DNA from: Nemertoderma westbladi | Taxonomy: Eukaryota > Animalia > Xenacoelomorpha | Length of the DNA: 64,000 bases | Direction: 5' to 3' | NCBI GenBank assembly: GCA_032718475.1 | Contig: JAUCBJ010002752.1 | Span: forward strand, 1 to 64,000 | Shown here: positions 1 through 11,000 of the stretch, in pieces | Layout of the letters: each line of letters begins with the position of its first letter | Position numbering within the stretch: the first letter of the stretch is position 1 | Position numbers and translations under genes: made by a program | The notes under the pieces: generated by a model | What the model was told of the DNA's origin: nothing | The model's input: the letters and a program-made list of their open reading frames with translations, nothing else | The model's database searches: none

Positions 1-2148
1 TATCAGTAGAGGAAGGAGACGATGAAATCCAAGGGGGTGCTATCAGTAGAGGAAGGAGACGATGAAATCCAAGGGGTGCCATCAGTAGAGGAAGGAGACG
101 ATGAAATCCAAGGGGGTGCTATCAGTAGAGGAAGGAGACGATGAAATCCAAGGGGTGCTATCAGTAGAGGAAGGAGACGATGAAATCCAAGGGGTGCCAT
201 CAGTAGAGGAAGGAGACGATGAAATCCAAGGGGGTGCTATCAGTAGAGGAAGGAGACGATGAAATCCAAGGGGTGCCATCAGTAGAGGAAGGAGACGATG
301 AAATCCAAGGGGGTGCTATCAGTAGAGGAAGGAGACGATGAAATCCAAGGGGGTGCTATCAGTAGAGGAAGGAGACGATGAAATCCAAGGGGTGCCATCA
401 GTAGAGGAAGGAGACGATGAAATCCAAGGGGGTGCTATCAGTAGAGGAAGGAGACGATGAAATCCAAGGGGTGCCATCAGTAGAGGAAGGAGACGATGAA
501 ATCCAAGGGGGTGCTATCAGTAGAGGAAGGAGACGATGAAATCCAAGGGGTGCCATCAGTAGAGGAAGGAGACGATGAAATCCAAGGGGTGCTATCAGTA
601 GAGGAAGGAGACGATGAAATCCAAGGGGGTGCTATCAGTAGAGGAAGGAGACGATGAAATCCAAGGGGTGCCATCAGTAGAGGAAGGAGACGATGAAATC
701 CAAGGGGGTGCTATCAGTAGAGGAAGGAGACGATGAAATCCAAGGGGTGCTATCAGTAGAGGAAGGAGACGATGAAATCCAAGGGGTGCCATCAGTAGAG
801 GAAGGAGACGATGAAATCCAAGGGGGTGCTATCAGTAGAGGAAGGAGACGATGAAATCCAAGGGGTGCCATCAGTAGAGGAAGGAGACGATGAAATCCAA
901 GGGGGTGCTATCAGTAGAGGAAGGAGACGATGAAATCCAAGGGGTGCCATCAGTAGAGGAAGGAGACGATGAAATCCAAGGGGTGCTATCAGTAGAGGAA
1001 GGAGACGATGAAATCCAAGGGGTGCCATCAGTAGAGGAAGGAGACGATGAAATCCAAGGGGTGCCATCAGTAGAGGAAGGAGACGATGAAATCCAAGGGG
1101 TGCCATCAGTAGAGGAAGGAGACGATGAAATCCAAGGGGTGCTATCAGTAGAGGAAGGAGACGATGAAATCCAAGGGGTGCTATCAGTAGAGGAAGGAGA
1201 CGATGAAATCCAAGGGGTGCTATCAGTAGAGGAAGGAGACGATGAAATCCAAGGGGTGCCATCAGTAGAGGAAGGAGACGATGAAATCCAAGGGGTGCTA
1301 TCAGTAGAGGAAGGAGACGATGAAATCCAAGGGGTGCTATCAGTAGAGGAAGGAGACGATGAAATCCAAGGGGTGCTATCAGTAGAGGAAGGAGACGATG
1401 AAATCCAAGGGGGTGCTATCAGTAGAGGAAGGAGACGATGAAATCCAAGGGGTGCCATCAGTAGAGGAAGGAGACGATGAAATCCAAGGGGTGCTATCAG
1501 TAGAGGAAGGAGACGATGAAATCCAAGGGGTGCTATCAGTAGAGGAAGGAGACGATGAAATCCAAGGGGTGCCATCAGTAGAGGAAGGAGACGATGAAAT
1601 CCAAGGGGGTGCTATCAGTAGAGGAAGGAGACGATGAAATCCAAGGGGTGCTATCAGTAGAGGAAGGAGACGATGAAATCCAAGGGGTGCTATCAGTAGA
1701 GGAAGGAGACGATGAAATCCAAGGGGGTGCTATCAGTAGAGGAAGGAGACGATGAAATCCAAGGGGTGCCATCAGTAGAGGAAGGAGACGATGAAATCCA
1801 AGGGGGTGCTATCAGTAGAGGAAGGAGACGATGAAATCCAAGGGGTGCCATCAGTAGAGGAAGGAGACGATGAAATCCAAGGGGGTGCTATCAGTAGAGG
1901 AAGGAGACGATGAAATCCAAGGGGTGCTATCAGTAGAGGAAGGAGACGATGAAATCCAAGGGGTGCCATCAGTAGAGGAAGGAGACGATGAAATCCAAGG
2001 GGTGCTATCAGTAGAGGAAGGAGACGATGAAATCCAAGGGGTGCCATCAGTAGAGGAAGGAGACGATGAAATCCAAGGGGTGCCATCAGTAGAGGAAGGA
2101 GACGATGAAATCCAAGGGGTGCTATCAGTAGAGGAAGGAGACGATGAA
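1..2148. repeat. 39/40-bp minisatellite array (about 54 units; runs off the left edge)
   Basis: Unit TATCAGTAGAGGAAGGAGACGATGAAATCCAAGGGG(G)TGC, with variants G4/G5 and GCTA/GCCA. It accounts for all ORFs in 1-2220. Confidence 0.97.
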
Positions 2149-3368
2149 AATCGGGGCCATTTCGAACCCAATTGGCATCGAAACTCTCCACTCCATGTAA
2201 AATGGGAAGAGGTTTACTAAATTATTGTTATGAGAATATAATAATACTAGACTATAATAAAAGGTAACTTTTCAGCGTTAAAGACCCTTGTTTATTTATG
2301 AAAACCTCCCTTGCTGCGCTCGCTCGGTACATAAATAAACTCGGGTCATAACGCTGCAAAGTGCTACTTTGCACATAATGATCTAAATGGTTATTATTTT
2401 CATTCACTGCGTGCCACACGTACGCAACCCAGTAGCCAGTAATTTTGATTTTGTGTTAGCTAGGACTTTATATTAGCTAGTGAAGAAATTCATAATTTAA
2501 AAATTAAAAAAAAATTGACCAACCTTTTCTTGTGAAAATGTATTTTATTATGATGTTTTTTGTTAGCTAGGCCTACCGAGATCAATTTTACCCTGGATTG
2601 GGATGCTGAGTCCAACGTCCACTCCTATCTGAATTCAAGACCATATAATTATAAATAATGATTGGCCTTGCTTACAACTTTATTTATTTACCAAAACAAA
2701 ACAAAGATTTATTCCGGAATATTTTATTATCATCACCAGGGAGATAGAGAACACTAATTATCAAGTGGACTCACTCTGAAACTACTTCTGCAAGTTTATA
2801 ATCAAACAATTATTTGCTTTATTCCATTTTCGCCTGCCATTTTTTGTGTTCTTTTTAAAAAGGATTTTGAAAGGTTATTAAATAATGTTATTTGTAATTC
2901 AAATTGTACAGGTTAAAAATAATGATGAATTTTAGCATTATTTTGTAGTTTATAACGATAACATTACAGTATGGGCCGTTTCAAATACGAATTAGAGCGC
3001 TTTTCTGTAAAAGCCTATAATTTCGGATTGTGGGTAGTTTTGCATATGTAGTGACTTCCAGGGGACAAACAGTTGCCAAAGTTGTAAAAAATAGCAGTTG
3101 AACCAGTAGTTAAACACTACTTCTGCGATAATTTTAGGTTAGAGTTTTCGGGAGTTAGTTTTTCAGAATCAGCAATCTCGTCTCAACAAAACTTATCGGT
3201 GATCATTTTTATTTTTTGTTTTAATTTTTTTTAATAATATTAACTATATACGTCATTGTTCATAAAATAGCACTTTATAGCGTTACGACACAAGTGATTT
3301 TGTTTCCCGAACGACAGCAAGGGAAATAATAGAACGAGGGCCGTAAAATCTTTAAAGTGCTAATTATG

Positions 3369-3948
3369 AACTAGAAAGCCAGCAAGCTGGCTGGAAGGAA
3401 CCCGGGGGAAGCACTATGTCAGTCAGCAGTAAGTAAACTAAACACTTGTCTAAACTGTAAGGCGTGAATGAAGCTAGCTGACTTTGTGGCTCGCCCCTCG
3501 TAATAAAAAATGAAACTTTGCTACCACTAACAAAAATATAATATGAAGCAAATAATTTCATTATCAAGCACGTTTACAAGATATAAGATACGATTACCGA
3601 ATATTTATAAAAAATGCCCATGATGCACAACCAGATAAATAACAATGAATAGAGCCAAATAACAAATTTAGTTTCCTTCTATAGGTATTACCCCGTCATC
3701 TGAATATCCCTTCCCAGTGAATCTTATGGGAATATCTATAAGGTTACTCACTTCTATGTTAGGTGGTGGGCCAGCTGATTGAAGTATAAGTAAAGGGTCG
3801 TTCAAATCTTAGATTCATAATGACATTTAGGGGCTGGGATTTCTCTCTCTCAAACTTAAGCAAAGTTGTTCAATGGGGTGGGAACCAACTACACTACATT
3901 TGTCTAATGGGCGGTCTTCTTATAGCCAGCTTGCTGGCTTTTCTAGTT
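3369..3948. mobile_element. Non-autonomous element with about 24-bp terminal inverted repeats
   Basis: Left end AACTAGAAAGCCAGCAAGCTGGCT; right end AGCCAGCTTGCTGGCTTTTCTAGTT. A related end occurs near 29210 (ACTGGAGAAGCCAGGAAGCTGGCTATAAGGATACCGC). Confidence 0.55.
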
Positions 3949-4017
3949 AATTAATAGGGCTGCCTTTGTCCTTTGATGTATTCTAATGGGTCAGGCCGAC
4001 CCACCAATAATACTCTT

Positions 4018-4544
4018 AAAGCATAATCGAGTTAGGGTTGGGAGGGGGGAAAACGAGAGGTCGGATCTTTAGGGTGATCGAAAAGGTATTCGTTAATGTA
4101 ATTGGCAATATTTCGGCTACAACATGTAATAATAATTGAATTATTATACAAATAAACAGGCCTTCAACAGGGCAAATGCAATCGGGATGTGTCGGGCTAC
4201 ATAAAAAATGACTAAACACTACTGCACTATTTCCTAAAGACACTACTCAAACTATGTTACTTACTACTGCAGTACGGTAAGCCAGGTGTAGGTAACAAAC
4301 AAATTATATAATTTAATTAAAATTTAAAATTTAATTTAATTTTAGTCAGTTTTTTATGTAGCCCGAAACATCCCGATTGCATTTGCCCTGTTGAAGGCCT
4401 GTTTATTTGTATAATAATTCAATTATTATTACATGTTGTGGCCGAAATATTGGCACTTACTTACATTAACGAACACATTTTCGATCACCCTAAAAATCCG
4501 ACCTCTCGTTTTTCCCCCCTCCCAACCCTAACTAGATTATGTTT
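4018..4544. mobile_element. Foldback/MITE-like long inverted repeat (arms about 200 bp)
   Basis: 4018-4216 is the near-exact reverse complement of 4341-4544. A 14-bp direct repeat AATACTCTTAAAGC lies at 4009-4022 and 4580-4593. Confidence 0.75.
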
Positions 4545-4939
4545 ACCCCGGTGATCTGGGCCCGTAACTATCTTTGTAGAATACTCTTAAAGCCAACTCT
4601 CTGTGTATTCCTTTGCCACTACTGTCAATGAATGTCTAAATACATATAATTTCACGACAAAATAATGTCAAAAAACGAAATATTTCGAATACCACACATA
4701 GAATCGATCTGAAATTTTGTAACGCGATTATGAACCACAAAAGCAATGTACTTGCAAAATTTCATCAAAACGCTACGCAGGAAGTGCCTGACCCTAGATT
4801 AGGATCAGTGAGTGAGTGAGTCAGTTAGTCAGTCAGTCAGTCATTGTTATATGACCTGAGATTTTAACAGTAAGTATCCCGCTGTCACGCGGGCTACTAT
4901 AACAAAGGCGAATCTGATTTTATTTATTTGTGGGTAATT

Positions 4940-5029
4940 ATTAGTAGTTATGGAATTGTAGTTATGCACTTAAACTTTCTAGAACAACCTAATAATGACG
5001 GAAATACATAGTAAAGTAAATGTATGGCG
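4940..5029 (+). repeat. Left copy of the 90-bp target-site duplication of the RTE LINE
   Basis: ATTAGTAGTTATGG...GTAAATGTATGGCG is identical to 7445-7534. Confidence 0.93.
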
Positions 5030-7426
5030 AATGTTCTGGCAAATGAGCTGTTTTCGGCCAATACAAATTTCCAAAAACGACCTGGAAAGCTGTACACCCA
5101 TGTGGGACCCAGTGGTCATAAGTCCCAGATAGACCACCTCATCTTCCGTAAGAAATACAGAGGATCAATAATTGACTGCTCTTCTCTCACAGTGCGGACA
5201 TTTCAGACTGACCATCGATTGGTTATGGGAAAGACCAAATTAAGCCTTCGTGCAAACAAGGGTCTTAAAAAGTCCACCCCACATCATGACTGGTCTACCT
5301 TGGATAAAAACCCCATTATAAAGGATAACTTTACAATTGAGGTTACAAATAGATATTCCAGTCTCATAAATGAAGAAATGAACCACTGTGAGAAATATAC
5401 CCAGTTTGCTGCAGCAGTAAAGTCAGCTGCAAAGAAAACTGTTCCTCTAAAGCCACGGAAGTTGAAGAAGATCCCCTGGGCAGACCAGCGCATTCTAGAC
5501 CTGCGAGAGGCATTGAACAAAGCCCAAAGAGAGTATCGTAGCCGACGTACAACTTCTGCAAAAAATGCAGTGAAAGCTTCAGTGAAATCTCTAAACAAGC
5601 AATACTCGATTAATAAAGCAAAGCTTATCAGCGAGCAGGTTGATACTATCAATGCTGCTGACGAAAGCAGGAAATCTGCTGAAGCCTGGCAAGCAATCAA
5701 CCTGCTCTCTGGAAGAAAAAGCCGACCAACTGCCAAGGTGAAGGCTGATTCTCCAGCCGACCGCTTGGCAGGCTGGAAGTCTCATTTCGAGAAATTGCTA
5801 AATAATGATCGAGAACTGACTGACGATTTCACTGTAAAGCCTGTGTCACACACAATACTCTCAGACATCCCAATTGGTGACATAACATTCGAAGAGGTCT
5901 TAACTGCTTCGAATGACATTAAAACCAATAGGGCATCTGGTGTTGATGATGTGCCTCCCGAGGTCTTTAAGATCAGAGAATGCCTTCAACTAGCCCACCC
6001 TATCCTAGCAGAAATGTACCGCACTAAGATTGCACCACAAGAACTGAAGACTAATCGGCTAACACCCGTTCCAAAGAAGGGCAACCTCTCCTATTTTGGT
6101 TCATATCGTGGAATTAGTCTAATCTCAATTGCAGCTAAATTATTCAACAGAATAATGCTGAATCGCATTAGGGATCCTGTAGAAAGACTCTTGCGTGGGA
6201 ATCAAAATGGGTTTCGAAAAGGTAGAGGTACCTTTGAACCCATTCTGGCACTTAGAAGGATTATTGAAGAGGTTTCTACAAAGAAAGACAGACATTTGGC
6301 TGTCATATTTGTGGATTTCTTCAAGGCCTTCGATTCCGTGTCACGCCCACGCATGTTCCAAATTCTTCAGGCATATGGGATCCCCAATGAGATCATTAAT
6401 GCAATCAGATCAGTATATGACGGTTCCACGACCTTTGTATCCACTACTGATGGAGACACAGACCCATTTGAGGTTCTCTGGGGTGTCCTTCAAGGAGACA
6501 CATTAGCCCCGTTCCTCTTCATTATTGTGGTGGACTATGTGCTGCGGACATCACTCGATCTTCATGAAGCTGATGGGGTGGAAATATCTCCACCATCAGG
6601 TAGCCGTAGACGTGGTTCCCCAGCAGAACATCTAACCGACCTTGACTTTGCAGATGACCTTGGTTTACTGTCAGAGACATTAGAAGGAGCACAGAAGCTG
6701 CTATCTAGCTTAGAGGAGGCTGCATCTAGTGTTGGCCTCTTTGTGAATAGCACAAAGACCAAAATTCTGACAGTAAACATGGATTCAGATCAGCAGAAAA
6801 TTGATCGGGATAACATTCAATCGCTGGATGGACTGGTAAGTCATGTGAACGACTTCTGCTACCTTGGATCATGGGTTCGGAGGTCTGCTGAAGATCTCCG
6901 AATTCGCAAAGGGAAAGCCTGGTCCGCCATCCACAAGCTATCCAGGATCTGGAAGAGCTCTGACATCTCATGCTCTTTAAAGGTACGCCTTTTCCGTGCA
7001 GCAGTGGAGCCTGTGCTGCTCTATGGCAGCCCATGCTGGGCTCTAACTGCTGAAGACACCAGGTCCTTGGATGGCACATACACCAGGATGCTTCGCCGGG
7101 TGCACAACATAGCATATGATGCACACATAAGCAATGAGGTGTTATATAAATATGGTAACATCTCATTGCCAAGACCTAGCATCACCCTGCAGAAACGCCG
7201 TCTAATGCTTGCTGGGCACTGTTTCCGCCGGCAGGATCAACCTGTACACAACCTTGTGCTGTGGCAGCCTGCTGGCGAGAATAGACGTGGTGGACAGCCA
7301 ATGACTTTCCTCAAACGCCTGCTCAAGGACACAGGACTTGAGAACAGGAATGAATTAGGAAATTGTATGGCTGACCGCAAGATCTGGGGGCGCTATGTTT
7401 CTGGGGCCGCCGGCACTGCACCCTAG
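5024..7426 (+). CDS. LINE endonuclease (C-terminal part) and reverse transcriptase, 800 aa
   Basis: Motifs QIDHLI...TDHRLV (APE C-terminus), PKKG..YRGISL, QNGFRKGR, FVDFFKAFDSV, GVLQGDTLAPFLF, FADD, YLGS and LAGHCFR. The ATG lies inside the duplicated host flank. Confidence 0.92.
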   Translation: MANVLANELFSANTNFQKRPGKLYTHVGPSGHKSQIDHLIFRKKYRGSIIDCSSLTVRTFQTDHRLVMGKTKLSLRANKGLKKSTPHHDWSTLDKNPIIKDNFTIEVTNRYSSLINEEMNHCEKYTQFAAAVKSAAKKTVPLKPRKLKKIPWADQRILDLREALNKAQREYRSRRTTSAKNAVKASVKSLNKQYSINKAKLISEQVDTINAADESRKSAEAWQAINLLSGRKSRPTAKVKADSPADRLAGWKSHFEKLLNNDRELTDDFTVKPVSHTILSDIPIGDITFEEVLTASNDIKTNRASGVDDVPPEVFKIRECLQLAHPILAEMYRTKIAPQELKTNRLTPVPKKGNLSYFGSYRGISLISIAAKLFNRIMLNRIRDPVERLLRGNQNGFRKGRGTFEPILALRRIIEEVSTKKDRHLAVIFVDFFKAFDSVSRPRMFQILQAYGIPNEIINAIRSVYDGSTTFVSTTDGDTDPFEVLWGVLQGDTLAPFLFIIVVDYVLRTSLDLHEADGVEISPPSGSRRRGSPAEHLTDLDFADDLGLLSETLEGAQKLLSSLEEAASSVGLFVNSTKTKILTVNMDSDQQKIDRDNIQSLDGLVSHVNDFCYLGSWVRRSAEDLRIRKGKAWSAIHKLSRIWKSSDISCSLKVRLFRAAVEPVLLYGSPCWALTAEDTRSLDGTYTRMLRRVHNIAYDAHISNEVLYKYGNISLPRPSITLQKRRLMLAGHCFRRQDQPVHNLVLWQPAGENRRGGQPMTFLKRLLKDTGLENRNELGNCMADRKIWGRYVSGAAGTAP

Positions 7427-7444
7427 TGCAAGCCGATCATCATC
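5030..7444 (+). mobile_element. 5'-truncated RTE-clade non-LTR retrotransposon (LINE)
   Basis: Lies between 90-bp direct repeats, has a very short 3' UTR ending in (ATC)n, and encodes the C-terminal part of an APE endonuclease plus RT. Confidence 0.9.
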
Positions 7445-7534
7445 ATTAGTAGTTATGGAATTGTAGTTATGCACTTAAACTTTCTAGAACAACCTAATAA
7501 TGACGGAAATACATAGTAAAGTAAATGTATGGCG
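7445..7534 (+). repeat. Right copy of the 90-bp target-site duplication of the RTE LINE
   Basis: Identical to 4940-5029. Confidence 0.93.
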
Positions 7535-7866
7535 CAGGAACATGTGAGGAATAATGTCGCACTGCGATATGAAGCTGGAAAATATGTCGCCCTGGCGATT
7601 TGGTAGTGCGAAATTAATTCCATACAAATAAATAAAAATTATTCATTATCAAGTAGATAATATTAATTAATTAAAAAATAAAAATAAGGATTAAATCAAT
7701 ATTCCAACCGACAATTTTATCATCAAAAGGCGAAAACAAATCGAACAAAAAATGTCGAAAATTGGTTGAGATATGTCTTCAAAGTTTTGAATTGCCTTCA
7801 AAGTATTTCTTTATCGACTAACTACACTTTTATTAACACATGCCGGTATTATAAAATAAAACAAAC

Positions 7867-8027
7867 CTTGACATTTTAACCTCCCCAGTGTATTTCATCT
7901 CCTCGAATTCTGTCTGCATTCTGTCTTTATCTTCTCTCAATCTCACCGTTCTCTTCTCGTTTTCAAATTTCAACTCTTCCAGATGTTGCTGGGTGTCCTC
8001 CTGGTTCTCAAATCGTAGGACAACCTC
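7867..8027 (-). CDS. CCDC151: CCDC151 exon 8
   Basis: tag|GAG GTT GTC ... ATG TCA AG|gtttgt; encodes EVVLRFENQEDTQQHLEELKFENEKRTVRLREDKDRMQTEFEEMKYTGEVKMS. Confidence 0.85.
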
Positions 8028-11000
8028 CTAGTTATAAGTAATAAAGATTATTTTTACTTTATGTAGCCCTACCGGTAAGTAAGTATTATATATGAAGATA
8101 ACAGTTAGTGTGGCTTTAAAAAAATGGTGACTTCCTTCCAAAAGTATCAGACAGCCTGAATATAACGCAAAGGTCCGGAAACCCACCTGAGTATCAGAAA
8201 CACCGGTGGCCTGTTTGATTACAATAAAGGCTTCCTCAAAGGACTGGATTTTTTTCTCCGTTTCGTAAGAATATCCAATAACTCTCCCGTCACCGCTGGC
8301 ACTGCCGCTGTCGTCAGCAGCAACTGATGCTCTCTGAAAATAAAACAATAAATTAATATATTAGCACATCAATATTAGTAATACTCCATAAAACAATATC
8401 TTCTCACTGTGTTTCACCTGTAACCTCCACTCACTGTCCCACGTGTCCCACCAGTAATCCCATCTCAGTTTGTCCCACTTGCAATTTCCTCTCACTGTGT
8501 CCCACCCACCTGGAACCTCCATTCACTGTGTCCGCACCTGTAACCTCCACTCACTGTGTCCCCACCTGGAACCTCCACTCACTGTGCGTAATCCCCACTA
8601 TCACTATGTCTCCCACCACACTGTGTCCCACCTATAATCTCCACTCACTGTGCCCCCACCTGTAACCACCACTCACTGTGTCCCCACCTGTAACCATCAC
8701 TCACTGTGTCCCCACCTGTAACCACCACTCACTGTGTCCCCACCTGTAACCACGAGTCACTGTGTCCCCACCTGTAACCACGAGTCACTGTGTCCCACCT
8801 ACAATCTCCACTCACTGTGTCCCCACCTGTAACCATCACTCACTGTGTCCCCACCTGTAACCATCACTCACTGTGTCCCCACCTGTAACCACCACTCACT
8901 GTGTCCCCACCTGTAACCACCACTCACTGTGTCCCCACCTGTAACCACCACTCACTGTGTCCCCACCTGTAATCTCCACTCACCCACCTGTAACCACCAC
9001 TCACTGTTCCCACCTATAATCTCCACTCACTGTGTCCCTTCCTCTAACCACCACTCACTGTGTCCCTTCCTCTAACCACCACTCACTGTTCCCACCTATA
9101 ATCTCCACTCACTGTGTCCCTTCCTCTAACCACCACTCACTGTGTCCCTTCCTCTAACCACCACTCACTGTGTCCTCACCTGTACTGTAACCACCACTCA
9201 CTGTGTCCCCACCTGTAACCACCACTCACTGTGTCCCCACCTGTAACCACCACTCACTGTGTCCCCAACTGTAATCTCCACTCACCCACCTGTAGCCATC
9301 ACTCACTGTGTCCCATCTATAATCTACACTCACTGTGTCCCCACCTGTAACCACCACTCAATGTGTCCCCACCTGTAACCACCACTCACTGTGCCCCCAC
9401 CTGTATCCACCACACACTGTGTCCCCACCTGTAACCACCACTCACTGTGCCCCCACCTGTATCCACCACACACTGTGTCCCCACCTGTAACCACCACTCA
9501 CTGTGCCCCCACCTGTAACCACCACTCACTGTGTCCCCACCTGTAACCACCACTCACTGTGTCCACACCTGTAACCACGAGTCACTGTGTCCCCACCTGT
9601 ATCCACGAGTCACTGTGTCCCCACCTGTAACCACCACTCACTGTGTCCCACCTATAATCTCCACTCACTGTGTCCCCACCTGTAACCACCACTCACTGTG
9701 TCCCCACCTGTAATCCCCACTCACTATGTCTCCCACCTGTAATCTCCACTCACCCACCTGTAACCACCACTCACTGTTCCCACCTATAATCTCCACTCAC
9801 TGTGTCCCTTCCTCTAACCACCACTCACTGTGCCCCTTCCTCTAACCACCACTCACTGTGTCCTCACCTGTACTGTAACCACCACTCACTGTGTTCCCAT
9901 CTGTAACCACCACTCACTGTGTGCCCACCTGTAACCACCACTCACTGTGTCCCCACCTGTTACCACGAGTCACTGTGTCCCCACCTGTAACCACCACTCA
10001 CTGTGTCCCACCTATAATCTCCACTCACTGTGTCCCCACCTGTAACCACCACTCACTGTGTCCCACCTATAATCTGCACTCACTGTGTCCCTTCCTCTAG
10101 CCACCACTCACTGTGTCCCTTCCTCTAACCACCACTCACTGTGTCCTCACCTGTACTGTAACCACCACTCACTGTGTCCCACCTATAATCTCCACTCACT
10201 GTGTCCCCACCTGTAACCACCACTCACTGTGTCCCCACCTGTAACCACCACTCACTGTGCCCCCACCTGCATCCACCACACACTGTGTCCTCACCTGTAA
10301 CCACGAGTCACTGTGTCCCCACCTGTAACCACCACTCACTGTGTCCCCACCTGTAACCACCACTCACTGTGCCCCCACCTGTAACCACCACTCACTGTGT
10401 CCCCACCTGTAACCACCACTCACTGTGTCCCCACCTGTAACCACCACTCACTGTGTCCCCACCTGTAATCTCCACTCACCCACCTGTAACCACCACTCAC
10501 TGTTCCCACCTATAATCTCCACTCACTGTGCCCCTTCCTCTAACCACCACTCACTGTGCCCCTTCCTCTAACCACCACTCACTGTGCCCCTTCCTCTAAC
10601 CACCACTCACTGTGTCCTCACCTGTACTGTAACCACCACTCACTGTGTTCCCATCTGTAACCACCACTCACTGTGTCCCCACCTGTAACCACCACTCACT
10701 GTGTCCCCACCTGTTACCACGAGTCACTGTGTCCCCACCTGTAACCACCACTCACTGTGTCCCACCTAGAACCACCACTCACTGTGTTCCCATCTGAAAA
10801 CACCACTCAATGTGTCCCCACCTGTAACCACCACTCACTGTGTCCCCACCTGTAACCACCACTCACTGTGTCCCACCTATAATCTCCACTCACTGTGTCC
10901 CTTCCTCTAACCACCACTCACTGTGTCCCACCTAGAACCACCACTCACAGTGTTCCCATCTGAAAACACCACTCAATGTGTCCCCACCTGTAACCACCAC

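Noticed and set aside
1-2148. CRISPR-like regular repeats
   Set aside because: Units are contiguous with no unique spacers, there are no cas genes, and the context is eukaryotic.
3-2191. Minus-strand ORFs (GFHRLLPLLIAP / PWISSSPSSTD)
   Set aside because: They are translations of the 39/40-bp repeat.
2592-2628. Possible 37-nt CCDC151 mini-exon (ttcag|ATAGG...CCAGG|gtaaaa)
   Set aside because: After the phase-2 end of exon 8 it reads AGA TAG (stop) and has no coiled-coil character.
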